Positions 23,917-34,233 of a stretch of 64,000 bases of DNA are shown here, in pieces. Source of the DNA: Oligoflexales bacterium (GTDB taxonomy: Bacteria; Bdellovibrionota_B; Oligoflexia; Oligoflexales; Bog-1112); contig JBGCDR010000286.1 in assembly GCA_045105515.1 (NCBI GenBank), positions 1 through 64,000 on the forward strand, written 5' to 3'. The notes beneath the pieces are model-generated. The model had not been told where the DNA came from, ran no database searches, and was given only the letters and a program-made list of their open reading frames with translations. A program made the translations under genes and the position numbers. The first letter of the stretch is position 1, and each line of letters starts with the position of its first letter.

Positions 23917-24465
23917 TTAACGAAGAAGGGCAAGCGAAATGTTGTTGCGGTGGTCTTCAGTTGTTTTGTTTTGAGTAGACTTTTCAATAAAATCAGATAT
24001 TTGAACAGAAAAAAACTCATGACTGGTTGTGTTGGAGTGATTGTTTTGATCCGCTGTGTTGATATGGCCAATTGCTTTTCGGAGACGCGCCAAAGACTCA
24101 TGATCTGTGAACAAATGTTCTGTAATATGCTCTTGAGTGAGAGGACGAGATCTTTTTTTATCAATAATTTCAGGAAGCTCTCTTGTGCTAAGAACGCCGG
24201 CTTTTTGAATTTCTTCAAGTAGATCCTGGTAGTGTTGATCTTCTTTGGGTAGTTTTTGATGCTCTTGTTGAGGAGCACTCTGTTCAAGGAGGCATCTTAG
24301 TTTTTTGAGTGCGTCGGATAAACTTCCTGGCTCAGATGTCGAACTGTCTCGTTCAGGAGCAGTTCTAAAGCCTCTTGCAAACCATTCAGAAAGTTTTTCT
24401 GGAGCAGAGCTAAAATCTCTGAGCAACGTGAGTGTTGCTGTTTTTGTGTGAAGTCGTCCTGACAT
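23917..24465 (-). CDS. Hypothetical protein
   Basis: 182-aa ORF with GAGG Shine-Dalgarno and a sigma28-like promoter upstream. Confidence 0.55.
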   Translation of the reverse strand: MSGRLHTKTATLTLLRDFSSAPEKLSEWFARGFRTAPERDSSTSEPGSLSDALKKLRCLLEQSAPQQEHQKLPKEDQHYQDLLEEIQKAGVLSTRELPEIIDKKRSRPLTQEHITEHLFTDHESLARLRKAIGHINTADQNNHSNTTSHEFFSVQISDFIEKSTQNKTTEDHRNNISLALLR

Positions 24466-24571
24466 TTTTTACCTCTTGTCTGATAATTCTATCGGAGTTC
24501 GAGGCTTGGCCTTAAGTGCTGCGTTGAATAGTTTTCACAAATCTATTTAAAAACAAAATCTTATCTCTTGT

Positions 24572-25387
24572 TTATTTTTGGCAAACACCGCAGAAATAAG
24601 TGGACCGCCCAGAGTGTTCTTTTTTTTGCACAGTAGAAGAGCAGTTTTTGCAGGGCTCACCTTCTCGCCCATAGACTGAAAGTTTTTGAGCGAAGTAGCC
24701 TGGTTTTTCATCCGTTGATCGAAAATCTTTGAGAGTTGTGCCTCCTGAACGAATGCCTTGGCGTAGAACTTTTCTGATTTCACGGCAAGCAGCTTGCCAG
24801 TGTTGTTCTGATAAGGAAGAAATTAAGGTCTCAGGGTTGAGTTTTGCTAAAAAGAGAGCTTCACAGATATAGATATTTCCTAAGCCTGCAACGATACTCT
24901 GGTTGAGTAGAAAACTCTTTAAAATGACTTTTTTATTTGCTGCTTTTTGGTGCATATGTCTTGCGAGCTGCTTAGAACTCCCACTTAAAGGCTCGGGCCC
25001 AAGCTTTGGAGTGGGGTTTTCGTGTGGTGCAAAGCTGAGAAAAAACCCAAAACGCCTAGGGTCGACATAGTGGAGGTAGAGCTCACCATTATTGAACTCT
25101 ATTGTGACATGAGTGTGAAGAGCAGGGGGCGTCGCTGTTTTTTTACATAAAAGAGCGCCGCTCATACCAAGGTGAATTTGTATGATTTGAGAAGGAAAAT
25201 GGAGGTGTAGGTACTTTCCTCTGCGCGTGATGTCAGAAGGGGATTCATAGAGTGCTTTTTGAAGTTTTTTTGTTGGGATCGGAAAACGAATATTTTTTCT
25301 ATGAAATTGCCAGGAAGTGATTTTTTTCCCTAAAATGTTCAACCTTAAAGCTGAGGCCACTGTTTCGACTTCTGGCAATTCAGGCAT
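24572..25387 (-). CDS. mutM: Formamidopyrimidine-DNA glycosylase (copy 1)
   Basis: MPELPEVE, RRGKY, HLGMSG, DPRRFG, GLGNIY, C-terminal zinc finger. Confidence 0.97.
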   Translation of the reverse strand: MPELPEVETVASALRLNILGKKITSWQFHRKNIRFPIPTKKLQKALYESPSDITRRGKYLHLHFPSQIIQIHLGMSGALLCKKTATPPALHTHVTIEFNNGELYLHYVDPRRFGFFLSFAPHENPTPKLGPEPLSGSSKQLARHMHQKAANKKVILKSFLLNQSIVAGLGNIYICEALFLAKLNPETLISSLSEQHWQAACREIRKVLRQGIRSGGTTLKDFRSTDEKPGYFAQKLSVYGREGEPCKNCSSTVQKKEHSGRSTYFCGVCQK

Positions 25388-26133
25388 GATGTAGATCCTC
25401 GGACAATAGAGAAAGTGATTCGGCGGTTTCGAGAGCGATAATTTCCAACACCAGAGTGGTCTGTATGCTCAAGCTCTCCGAATCCTAATGCCACGACTCT
25501 ATCTGGGTCAAACCCCATATTTTTTACTAAGAATTGTCGGACAGTTGAAGCTCTCTGGTAGGATTCAATTTGATTGTTTTCAGGTGTTCCTTGGTCATCA
25601 GTAAAACCTTTTACGATGAGAGTTTCTATTCTAAACTCATTGAGTTTTTTTGCTATTTTTGCGAGAGCTTCAAGTCCGTTTTGACTCATTTCATAAGACT
25701 GAGGGTTTCGCAGTGGGTCGGTGAAGAGTTTTTTGTAAGATACAGATATGTGAGGAAAAATAACTTTTGTAGATGTGATTTTTTTGTTTATTTTGCGGAC
25801 TTGATCACCAATCATGATACCGGCATAAGGCTGGAGAGTTGCTTGAGAGAATTCGCTACCTTGTTGGGTAATGACAGCTAGAGCATAGCCTTTTTCTGTT
25901 GATTTGATGTCAACAACGCCTGTGGGGATGTAGTTGTCTTGATGGAGTCGTACGGTTTCGAGCTTCATTCCTTCGGTAATATGCGATTCATCAACTTGAA
26001 TGCTTACGATAGGGTGATTTTTATCGCTTGAGTCATAACTTAAAATTTTCCCAATGGTTTTTGAGTTAGCACTCGAGCTCATAAGAGAGAAAAGCGTGAT
26101 AATAAAAACTGTGTGATGCTGTGTCATAATCAC
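25345..26133 (-). CDS. OmpA/MotB-like peptidoglycan-binding exported protein (copy 1)
   Basis: Signal peptide; VKGFTDDQG...NQIESYQRASTVRQFL...GFGE...NRRI. Confidence 0.85.
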   Translation of the reverse strand: MIMTQHHTVFIITLFSLMSSSANSKTIGKILSYDSSDKNHPIVSIQVDESHITEGMKLETVRLHQDNYIPTGVVDIKSTEKGYALAVITQQGSEFSQATLQPYAGIMIGDQVRKINKKITSTKVIFPHISVSYKKLFTDPLRNPQSYEMSQNGLEALAKIAKKLNEFRIETLIVKGFTDDQGTPENNQIESYQRASTVRQFLVKNMGFDPDRVVALGFGELEHTDHSGVGNYRSRNRRITFSIVRGSTSCLNCQKSKQWPQL

Positions 26134-26277
26134 TCCATGATCTGATCTACTCTGCTATTCGGATGAGGTGAAATTGAACTCAATAGGCAATCCATGTCGA
26201 GCAAAAGATTTCGCCATTATTTTGAGAAGAATCCGCAGTTTGATAATGTTGATACGAATGGCTGATAGGTTGTGCAC

Positions 26278-26904
26278 ATGACTGACTTGTGGAATAAATC
26301 TCTATCTTTTCAAGATGACCGAAGCTTGGAAGCTGTAAAGAAACAAGCCATGCGACGTGGAGCCGCAGACTCATGGTGGGAGCCTCACCCTGAATCTCCA
26401 AGGTTTCTTGTCTCATGGAGCGCTTGGCCCTTGCCGCAATGGGCACAGAGTCCGTCTGTTCCAGGGATTTGGTGTGAAAGAATACCTGTTGAGGAGTACG
26501 TTGCGTTTCTGCGGCCACATGTTTTAAGGACTGAGCATGATATTTGGGCTTCTCGAGCACGTGGCTACCAAGGTGTCCGACTTGCAGCTTATACTCCAGG
26601 GGTATCTTTGCAGTACCTACTAGAAGTGAGTCGAGAGTTGGGGATGTTGCCTGTTGTGCAAGTACTTTCAAAAGAAGATGTGCGGCGAGTTGTAGACACC
26701 GACGCTCAAGTTATTGAATGCTTAGCGTCAAACACATTGGGGTTCATACAAGATTTTGATTGGGACGTTCTTTGCGGTTATTGCCAGAGTGTTCAGGAGA
26801 TTCAGCAGGCTATTGAAAAAGGCTATATGTGGTTTTCGGTTTCAGATACTCTGTGGCTTGATCTTATAAAGCCTCAGAGGAGAGCAGTTGATCAAGAAAG
26901 ATAA
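26278..26904 (+). CDS. Degenerate TrpC (IGPS)-like protein lacking catalytic residues
   Basis: DIWASRARG...LQYLLEVSRELGMLPVVQVLSKEDVRRVVDTDAQVI aligns with TrpC at 59069 (QIWETRVYG...IQYFCEIGRELGMEPLLESHSKDELKEALKTDAEII). Confidence 0.7.
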   Translation: MTDLWNKSLSFQDDRSLEAVKKQAMRRGAADSWWEPHPESPRFLVSWSAWPLPQWAQSPSVPGIWCERIPVEEYVAFLRPHVLRTEHDIWASRARGYQGVRLAAYTPGVSLQYLLEVSRELGMLPVVQVLSKEDVRRVVDTDAQVIECLASNTLGFIQDFDWDVLCGYCQSVQEIQQAIEKGYMWFSVSDTLWLDLIKPQRRAVDQER

Positions 26905-27712
26905 AAGAATAGCCGCAGTCATTTGTATGTGCAGTCGAGCTGATGTTGATAGCAATATCAGTACAGCAGAGCGACTAACTCAACAGGCGATCAATGCTGG
27001 CGCTCATTGGATTGTTCTTCCTGAAATGTTTATGTACATGGGAGAAACGCAGGGTCTTCTTGCTGCAGCACAACGGTCCTCAGAGGCGATATCGCGGCTG
27101 CAAGATCTTGCAAATAAGTTTAAAGTAACGATTTTTGCAGGATCTGTACCAGAGTTCAAGCCTCAGTCACAAAAAGTGCTGAATAGACTGTATGTTTTGT
27201 CTTCAAGCGTTGAACGTGTGCACTACGATAAATTGCATTTATTTCACCTTCAAGATCCTCATGGTGATGTTTTATATTCAGAGCATGATGCTTACCTTCA
27301 AGGTGAAGAGTTAAAAACAGTGTGTGTTGATGGCTGGGAGCTTGGTCTAGGAATTTGTTATGACCTCCGGTTTTCAGATATGTTTAATGCTTTAAGTCGT
27401 CAAAAACCTATTGATGGCCTGATTTTACCATCAGCTTTTACACAAAAAACAGGAGCCCATTGGGAGCTTTTGTTAAGAGCTAGAGCGGTAGAGTGGCAGT
27501 GTTATGTCTTGGGAGCCAATCAATTTGGGGGTCATAGCTCTACAAAGCAGTCTTTTGGGCATTCGATGATTGTTGGGCCTTGGGGGCAGGTGTTAGTGAA
27601 TACTGGTGCCCAAGAAAGTATCGTGTTGACAGAGCTTGACCCGGAGTGTGTCTACCAAACAAAATTCGCAATTCCTGTTCATAGAGATAGACGGCCTGAG
27701 GTGTACTCTTGA
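26888..27712 (+). CDS. Carbon-nitrogen hydrolase (Nit1-like amidase, copy 1)
   Basis: LPEMF, YDKLHLF and GICYDLRF (E-K-C triad), LLRARAVEWQCYV, GHSMIVGPWG. Confidence 0.93.
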   Translation: MIKKDKRIAAVICMCSRADVDSNISTAERLTQQAINAGAHWIVLPEMFMYMGETQGLLAAAQRSSEAISRLQDLANKFKVTIFAGSVPEFKPQSQKVLNRLYVLSSSVERVHYDKLHLFHLQDPHGDVLYSEHDAYLQGEELKTVCVDGWELGLGICYDLRFSDMFNALSRQKPIDGLILPSAFTQKTGAHWELLLRARAVEWQCYVLGANQFGGHSSTKQSFGHSMIVGPWGQVLVNTGAQESIVLTELDPECVYQTKFAIPVHRDRRPEVYS

Positions 27713-28716
27713 GCTGGACACATAAGCTTGTAAATGGTTGGGGTGGTGACCCAGGTCTACTAAGCTTAAATGAGACTTCTGGAGATTTTGTGTTGTGTGA
27801 CGGAGGCTCACTAGAAGAGCTCTCCGATAAACAAATCTCACGTATTCAGACATTTTGTTTCACACACCATCACATGGATCATAGCCAGGGTTTTCAAAAG
27901 TGGCTTCGGGTGAGGGCTCGACACAAAAATCAAATGCCTTGGGCGCAGGTTTTAGGCCCTGTAGGAACACTTGAAGCGGTGCTTAGTCATTTGCAAAGCT
28001 ATACCTGGAATCTTCTCGAGGATGACTGGTTTTCTTTTGATGTGTATGAAGGTCATCACAGCCAAGAGGTGACTCGAACGATTGTGCGGTTTTCGGGTGG
28101 GGTTTATATTGATTTTCAAGAGCATCATAGTGCAATGCCCGAGGGTATTCAGTATGTTGTTTTAGATCATCACATCGATGTCTTGGCATACAGGTTTGAG
28201 CTTCCGGATACGTTTTCTTACAAAAAAACAGATGGGTTAGAGCCTGGGGCGTGGTTGAACCTCTTAAAACAAAAAGTACATGCAAAAAAATGGGAACATT
28301 GTATTCCGTCGCCGAAAGGCTACCTACCTGTCCGACAGCTGTCTGAGGAGTGCCTCGTACCCAAGAATCATTCTTTTGCGTATCTTACTGATTTTTGTTT
28401 TTCTCAAGAAAACCTACAAAAACTTCAGGTCATGGCTGGTTCTATAGGGCATGTTTTTTGTGAATCAAGCTTTCCTGAGCAAGAAAGATCGAGAGCTTTG
28501 AGAGTGAAGCACCTTACTTCATATCAGTCTGCTTTGATTGCTTACTTCTTAGGCGCAAAGGATTTTTGCCCGTTTCATGTGTCTCCAGCTTTTTATGAGG
28601 AAGAGACGTATAGACAGGCTCAGGTATTTTTTGTGGCCCTGCATGGCAGCTCTGAAACTCTTCAAAGTTTGGTCGAAGAAGAGCTTTATCAGGTTGCCCA
28701 ATCGACACCTGTCTAA
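27709..28716 (+). CDS. Ribonuclease Z-like metallo-beta-lactamase
   Basis: THHHMDH, LDHH, YLTD, HLT and PFH motifs. Confidence 0.75.
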   Translation: MSWTHKLVNGWGGDPGLLSLNETSGDFVLCDGGSLEELSDKQISRIQTFCFTHHHMDHSQGFQKWLRVRARHKNQMPWAQVLGPVGTLEAVLSHLQSYTWNLLEDDWFSFDVYEGHHSQEVTRTIVRFSGGVYIDFQEHHSAMPEGIQYVVLDHHIDVLAYRFELPDTFSYKKTDGLEPGAWLNLLKQKVHAKKWEHCIPSPKGYLPVRQLSEECLVPKNHSFAYLTDFCFSQENLQKLQVMAGSIGHVFCESSFPEQERSRALRVKHLTSYQSALIAYFLGAKDFCPFHVSPAFYEEETYRQAQVFFVALHGSSETLQSLVEEELYQVAQSTPV

Positions 28717-28824
28717 AAAGTCGACAAAAAAACTTGTTCTCAATCTCATAAAATTAAGCACTTAGCTTTAGGAATACGTCTTGCACTGTGAGTCACATGA
28801 ACTCTTATTTCTTGTTGAACGTGT

Positions 28825-29169
28825 GTGGAAGATGAAACTGTGGGTGAACAACTTTTAACTGAAAATCCTGGAAACCTCCCTCCCTTGTGGCATGTCTTAT
28901 ATTATGAAGGCATCCGTGGTCATCACATCTTGTTTGCTCCTGGCGACATGGATCGTTTTGATCGTCAACCTGGTCTTTTTCGTTTCTCAGATGACGAAAC
29001 AAGAGACCGTTTCACGAGTCTGATGACTGAATTTTTGCAGCAACCTTCTTTGTCTGAAATGAAGCTTTTTATTCAGTCGCAACCTTTTCAGATGAGGGAG
29101 GCTATTTATCGCTTTTATAAGGGATGGCTACGCCGCTGGGGAGACCATCTTAAAACAGTCCTGAATTAG
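28825..29169 (+). CDS. Hypothetical protein
   Basis: 114-aa ORF fills the gap with host-like codon use. Confidence 0.65.
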   Translation: MEDETVGEQLLTENPGNLPPLWHVLYYEGIRGHHILFAPGDMDRFDRQPGLFRFSDDETRDRFTSLMTEFLQQPSLSEMKLFIQSQPFQMREAIYRFYKGWLRRWGDHLKTVLN

Positions 29170-29186
29170 TTTTATGTGTGGATTGA

Positions 29187-30152
29187 TTAAAACAAGGTAG
29201 GCTCATTGTTTTTAAACAATGGGCTTATTTTGTGTGTGCTTTTGAGGCTCGCAGCGTAGCTTCTGGCATATGGTCCAAGAATAAACGTTTGTGCAGGCTT
29301 GACCTGCTCGATGACCGTTTGTAGGTCATTGATTTGAGCCCAAAGAGGATAGTGAAACTCTTGGACATCGCCACTTTGATTTTGAACTTGGATGGTTGAG
29401 GGGTTGTAGGCGTGGCTACGAGGAAGCCTGAGTGGCTGAATGTGGACTCCGGGTCGGAGTTTATTTCTCTTATTTGAGAGAGTTGCGTAGTTTCCAAGTG
29501 CGACACCACAGTTTGTATAAAGTTTGTGGATTTTTGCGATTGCTGGCGGAACAACGACAGGAATTCCATGATCAGTGAGAGAGCGAGTCAGATTTTGGGC
29601 CATCGGGCTGGGGGCACAAAAAATTGTGGGCCAAAAGTCATTCTGTATGTGTTTTTGAATATGTTGAACAATGTCGAGAAGCACCTTGTCTCTATGAGGT
29701 GGTGTTGAATCAGATAAAGGATCGTGAGCGCATAAAATTAAGGTTTCAGCCCTGCGTAATTCGATCTGCCTGGAAAGAGGTGATCGATTTGATTGAAGCA
29801 TGGGAGCGTAAAGTAGAGATTTTCCTTTGTGCTCAACATATAAAGATGAGCATCCTAACCCACCCCCTGATGGAATCATTTCAAGCCTGAGAGACCCAAC
29901 AGAAAAGGGCCTGTGGTACTGACAACGCAGAGCATTATAGTCACGGCCCATAGCTTTTGCTAGGGCTACGGTATCGTCGGTTGCAATCCATCGAGTTTTA
30001 CGACCTGGGTTCTCAAGGGGGAGTGGTGGTGTTGCAGAGGATAAAAAAGACATATCAGGGCAAGAAGGAGAATCAAACCACAGAATAGTATCTTGAAGAT
30101 GAAGGCCTTCGTCTGTCGCCTTGACCTCAAATGTTTTTTGTTTTGTCGTCAT
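29187..30152 (-). CDS. MBL/beta-CASP-fold protein with degenerate metal site
   Basis: GLHLQDTILWFD...FLSSAT, YHRPFSVGSLRLEMIPSGGGLG, SLLYA; expected His ligands absent. Confidence 0.6.
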   Translation of the reverse strand: MTTKQKTFEVKATDEGLHLQDTILWFDSPSCPDMSFLSSATPPLPLENPGRKTRWIATDDTVALAKAMGRDYNALRCQYHRPFSVGSLRLEMIPSGGGLGCSSLYVEHKGKSLLYAPMLQSNRSPLSRQIELRRAETLILCAHDPLSDSTPPHRDKVLLDIVQHIQKHIQNDFWPTIFCAPSPMAQNLTRSLTDHGIPVVVPPAIAKIHKLYTNCGVALGNYATLSNKRNKLRPGVHIQPLRLPRSHAYNPSTIQVQNQSGDVQEFHYPLWAQINDLQTVIEQVKPAQTFILGPYARSYAASLKSTHKISPLFKNNEPTLF

Positions 30153-30329
30153 AGGGCCGTTCCTATAAACTTTTCTAAGTTGGGCATCGTATTTGAACCT
30201 TCAACTCAGCGCTACAAGCAAACCTTTGACTTTCCATTCTTCAGTGGAGAGCGTCTAGATGAAGAAGCTACACCCAACGTATGCAGTGTGTCATAATCCA
30301 TCGTGTATGGAAATACTTGCTTTCTTTGA

Positions 30330-31001
30330 ATGTCATTTTTGTTCTGTGAGGCTAACATGACGACCGCGGTTTTCATAGTTTTGTGTCTTCTGGTTTTTGC
30401 CATTGCAATTTTTCTGTGGTGGCGTTTGCAAAAATATGAGCAGGCTTATCGTGATTTGATTCAGAGGTGTTCTGAATTTGTTGGGTTCGCAACAAACGTA
30501 GCAAAAAAAATAAGTGAGACAGATGATCCTTATAAAGTCCAACAGGTTGAAAGCTTAGTGTCTTCATTTGAGTCTTTAGCAGCAAGCTTACAAAGGCTTC
30601 CAAAAAAAGGGTTTCGCATTGAGCGTATTGAGATGTTTCGTATTATTATGAGAGATCTTGCTCATGGTTTTTTCCATTTGTTTCGGCTGGTGAGTGGAGA
30701 AAATCCAGGTATTTGTTATGCTTGTTCTCGACCTGATGTTCCGCTTCAGAATTTAAAGTTTTGGTGGAAGGGATCAACGGGGGCATATGGTTGTTGCCAA
30801 TCGTGTCATCGTTTGTTTTCTTTAAAGAAACGTCTTCAGGTGTTGTGTTTTATGGGGCAAAGTCAGCCAGAACATTGGAGTGAGTTTTTAGACTATCACC
30901 CACAAAAACATTTTAAAGATTTGGAAAAAGGGGTCACGCCCTCTAGTCTTCAACGGTGTGACCTTGTAGTTTTTTGTTCTCAGAAAGAGGTAAAGAAATG
31001 A
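30330..31001 (+). CDS. Hypothetical membrane-anchored protein with CxxC...CxxC
   Basis: N-terminal TM helix; CYAC and CQSC pairs. Confidence 0.6.
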   Translation: MSFLFCEANMTTAVFIVLCLLVFAIAIFLWWRLQKYEQAYRDLIQRCSEFVGFATNVAKKISETDDPYKVQQVESLVSSFESLAASLQRLPKKGFRIERIEMFRIIMRDLAHGFFHLFRLVSGENPGICYACSRPDVPLQNLKFWWKGSTGAYGCCQSCHRLFSLKKRLQVLCFMGQSQPEHWSEFLDYHPQKHFKDLEKGVTPSSLQRCDLVVFCSQKEVKK

Positions 31002-31981
31002 AAGAAGTTCGTGTTGCAGTTACTGGAGCCGCTGGCCAAATTGGGTACAGTTTGTTGTTTCGTCTCGCTTCAGGTGAAGTTTTTGGGAATCAGACAAAAG
31101 TACATTTAAATCTTTTAGAGCTTCCTCAAGCTGTAAAAGCTGCTGAGGGGACAGCCCTTGAGTTAAGTGATTGTGCTTTTCCTCTTTTAGGTGAAGTCAA
31201 TTGCTATGACAATGCAGCTGAGGCCTTTTCTGGCGCAAACTGGGTGCTTATGGTGGGTTCCATGCCTCGTTCAAAAGGAATGGAGCGCAGTGATCTTATT
31301 CGCGCGAATGGTCCAATCTTTGTTGAACAAGGCAAAGCGATCCTACGTGCCGCTGAAGATGTACGCGCGGTTGTTGTTGGAAATCCATGTAACACGAACG
31401 CTCTTATTGCTTTGCATCACTGTAGAGATGTTCCTCCAACACGTTTTTCTGCTATGACTGCCCTTGATGAGAATCGCGCAAAAGCTCAACTCAGTTTAAA
31501 AGCGGGCTGCCCAGTAAGTGATATTAAGCAGTTAGCTGTTTGGGGTAACCATAGCCCTACAATGTATCCTGATTTTGAGAATGCATTGATTGGTGGAAAG
31601 TCAGTAGAAAGCGTGATTACAGATCGTAGTTGGCTTGAAAATGACTTTATGACGACTGTACAAAAACGTGGCGCAGAGATTATTCAAGTACGAGGCAAGT
31701 CCTCAGCCGCCTCAGCCGCTTCTGCTTGCTTGGACCATGTCCGTCGGTATATCACTCCAACACCTGCTGGTGATTGGTTTTCAGCTGCAATTCCTAGCAA
31801 TGGAAGTGCCTACGGTGTTCCTGGTGGTTTAGTCTTCTCATTTCCTGTCCGCTCAAAAGGTGATGGAGAATTAGAAATCGTCGAGAATTTGAAAGTGAGT
31901 GATTATGCTCGAGCAAAAATTGAAGCAACAACTCAAGAGTTGCAAGAGGAAAGAGATGTTATTAAGGATCTTCTTGGCTAG
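30998..31981 (+). CDS. mdh: Malate dehydrogenase
   Basis: VAVTGAAGQIGYSL, GMERSDL, VVGNPCNTN and WGNHS motifs. Confidence 0.97.
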   Translation: MKEVRVAVTGAAGQIGYSLLFRLASGEVFGNQTKVHLNLLELPQAVKAAEGTALELSDCAFPLLGEVNCYDNAAEAFSGANWVLMVGSMPRSKGMERSDLIRANGPIFVEQGKAILRAAEDVRAVVVGNPCNTNALIALHHCRDVPPTRFSAMTALDENRAKAQLSLKAGCPVSDIKQLAVWGNHSPTMYPDFENALIGGKSVESVITDRSWLENDFMTTVQKRGAEIIQVRGKSSAASAASACLDHVRRYITPTPAGDWFSAAIPSNGSAYGVPGGLVFSFPVRSKGDGELEIVENLKVSDYARAKIEATTQELQEERDVIKDLLG

Positions 31982-32471
31982 TGGATGCTTTACTTTTTTG
32001 GGGTGCACTACGCACCTTGAAAAGTACTCACGCTCGTCAGCGCGTCAAAATGTGGCTTCACAAACTGTACTTCCAAAAAAAGTTAAGAAGCTGAGAGACC
32101 GCGTTTATAGTGTTGACGCTGAGTCAAAATGGCTTATTAATCTTTTTGTAGATGCTCTTATGGAGCATTACAATATTAGTCTGCTAGATACGAGAACAGG
32201 TTTGATGACAACTGAGTGGGATCGTTTTTATCAAGGAGATCGAGTCTATCGAAATAAGGTCTCTGTGTTTGTTCGGCCTCAGGGTTGGGGTCGCTCAGAG
32301 GTCAAAATCTCAAATAATGTTGAAGTTTTAAGTTCTCAAGGTCCATCTTCTGGAAAGATTTGGCTTCCCTCCGGAGACCAAGGGGCTGAAGAAACTCGCT
32401 TGACTTCTTTAATCGAAGATTTGTTACAAGACACCCTTCTTCACCAAGGGAAAAAGCCTGCTGCTGGATAA
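31956..32471 (+). CDS. Lipoprotein, BamC-like
   Basis: FLGC lipobox; DTRTGLMTTEWD...RNKVSVFV pattern. Confidence 0.6.
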   Translation: MLLRIFLASGCFTFLGCTTHLEKYSRSSARQNVASQTVLPKKVKKLRDRVYSVDAESKWLINLFVDALMEHYNISLLDTRTGLMTTEWDRFYQGDRVYRNKVSVFVRPQGWGRSEVKISNNVEVLSSQGPSSGKIWLPSGDQGAEETRLTSLIEDLLQDTLLHQGKKPAAG

Positions 32472-32553
32472 AAAAATACTACTTTTGAAAAAAAGGCTTT
32501 TTCATTTGTAGATATATTGATATGCTTCTTCGCGTCGGTAAATCTGACAGTGT

Positions 32554-32642
<89 letters not shown>

Positions 32643-32658
32643 ACATAGTTCTTCTTGA

Positions 32659-32748
32659 GGAGAGATGGCTGAGTGGCCGAAAGCACATCCTTGCTAAGGA
32701 TGCGACTGGGTAACTGGTCCGTGGGTTCGAATCCCACTCTCTCCGCCA
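32659..32748 (+). tRNA. tRNA-Ser(GCU)
   Basis: GGAGAGATGGCTGAGTGG...TTGCTAA...GTTCGAATCCCACTCTCTCCGCCA. Confidence 0.96.
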
Positions 32749-32779
32749 CATCCTAATATTAAGATATTCCTTGATCAAT

Positions 32780-33418
32780 TTAAATATTTTTAGCTGCCAA
32801 GATAAAGTCTTTAATCTTCTTAAGATCTTTAACTCCCTGTGTTTCTACACCACTCGATACATCTACACCTTGAGCTTTACTCTGCTTTATTGCTTTGGAG
32901 ACATTTTCAACGTTAAGACCGCCGGCCAAAATAACTTTGTACCCCAAATTTGTGACTTTTCGGGCTATCTCCCACGGAAACACCTTGCCACTACCACCAC
33001 GTTCATCCACCGCAAAGGTGTCAAGAATAATCCCACTCTTGGAGTGCCCCTTAATTTCATCAAGAATCCAAGCCTCAGATTTTACCGGCAATGCGCGAAT
33101 ATGTGGATATTGCAAACTTTTACAGAATTCTAAGCTCTCATCCCCATGAAGTTGGGCAAAATCCAAGCTACAATTCTGAAAAGCTTCTGCCAGGTCTTGT
33201 TCACTTGGATTTACAAAGACCCCAATTTTCAAAACCTGTGGCCAATGATCAATTGCCAATGAAATTTTAGACGCACGCTTATAACTCAACTGCCTTTTAC
33301 TCTTAGCGAAGACCATCCCAATCGCATCAGCTCCATGCTCACAGGCAAACCGAGCACTTTCTTCATCGCAAATACCGCATATTTTTACCCAAACTCTATC
33401 TCGTTCCAGTATATCCAA
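32780..33418 (-). CDS. trpF: Phosphoribosylanthranilate isomerase
   Basis: VKICGI, QLHGDE, GGSGKVFPW, ILAGGL and VDVSSGVE motifs. Confidence 0.97.
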   Translation of the reverse strand: MDILERDRVWVKICGICDEESARFACEHGADAIGMVFAKSKRQLSYKRASKISLAIDHWPQVLKIGVFVNPSEQDLAEAFQNCSLDFAQLHGDESLEFCKSLQYPHIRALPVKSEAWILDEIKGHSKSGIILDTFAVDERGGSGKVFPWEIARKVTNLGYKVILAGGLNVENVSKAIKQSKAQGVDVSSGVETQGVKDLKKIKDFILAAKNI

Positions 33419-34208
33419 GTGTAGCTTCCTTTAGGCCGTGCACAAAATTTTTCAGGTAGCTTGCCCGCTCTTCTTTAGCACAATTTGCTAAGCCTTGTAG
33501 CAAAGCACTCGCAACAATTGCTCCATCAGCCATTTTTATTACTTCCTTAATCTGCTCAGCCTTTGATAAGCCAAACCCAACTGCAAGTGGCTTGTCAGTA
33601 ATCGCTTTTACCTTTTCAAGGAAGCCTTTCAAATCTGATGCTAATGCTTCCCGAGCCCCAGTAACACCTGCAACAGAAAGGCAGTAAATAAACCCTGAAC
33701 TAGAATCCACAATCCTGCTCATTCTTTCTGGACTGGTTGTCGAAGCCAGAAAAAAAATTATATCGATCCCTTCCTTTGAAAAGGCAGTTTTCCAGAGCTC
33801 AGCCTCATGAGGTGGTAGATCTGGGACAATTAGACCGTTGACCCCAGCTTTCTTGGCATCAGCAGCTAACTTTTCAATCCCATAAGCAAGAAATGGGTTT
33901 ACATAGCCCATTAATATTAAGGGAATATCTAAACCTCGCCTTCTAAGTTCACTTACCAATTCAAGCCCTTTGTTAAGGGTCATCCCGTTTTTAAGAGCTA
34001 CTTGTGAACAGTGTTGAATGGTTTTGCCATCCGCTACTGGGTCTGAAAAGGGGACTCCAAGTTCTATAAGATCAGCCCCACCTTCTGCCATAGCCATAAC
34101 CAAGTCACAAGTTTCATCTATGCTCGGATATCCTAAAGTTAAAAAGGGAATCAAAGCCCCCTGCTTTTTCTCCCTTAATCGGGAAAATTTCTCGGTAATT
34201 ACTGACAC
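33396..34208 (-). CDS. trpA: Tryptophan synthase alpha
   Basis: IELGVPFSDPVADG, GVTGAR and AVGFG motifs. Confidence 0.98.
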   Translation of the reverse strand: MSVITEKFSRLREKKQGALIPFLTLGYPSIDETCDLVMAMAEGGADLIELGVPFSDPVADGKTIQHCSQVALKNGMTLNKGLELVSELRRRGLDIPLILMGYVNPFLAYGIEKLAADAKKAGVNGLIVPDLPPHEAELWKTAFSKEGIDIIFFLASTTSPERMSRIVDSSSGFIYCLSVAGVTGAREALASDLKGFLEKVKAITDKPLAVGFGLSKAEQIKEVIKMADGAIVASALLQGLANCAKEERASYLKNFVHGLKEATLGYTGTR

Positions 34209-34233
34209 CCTCTCCTCCCATTGGATCTTGTTT

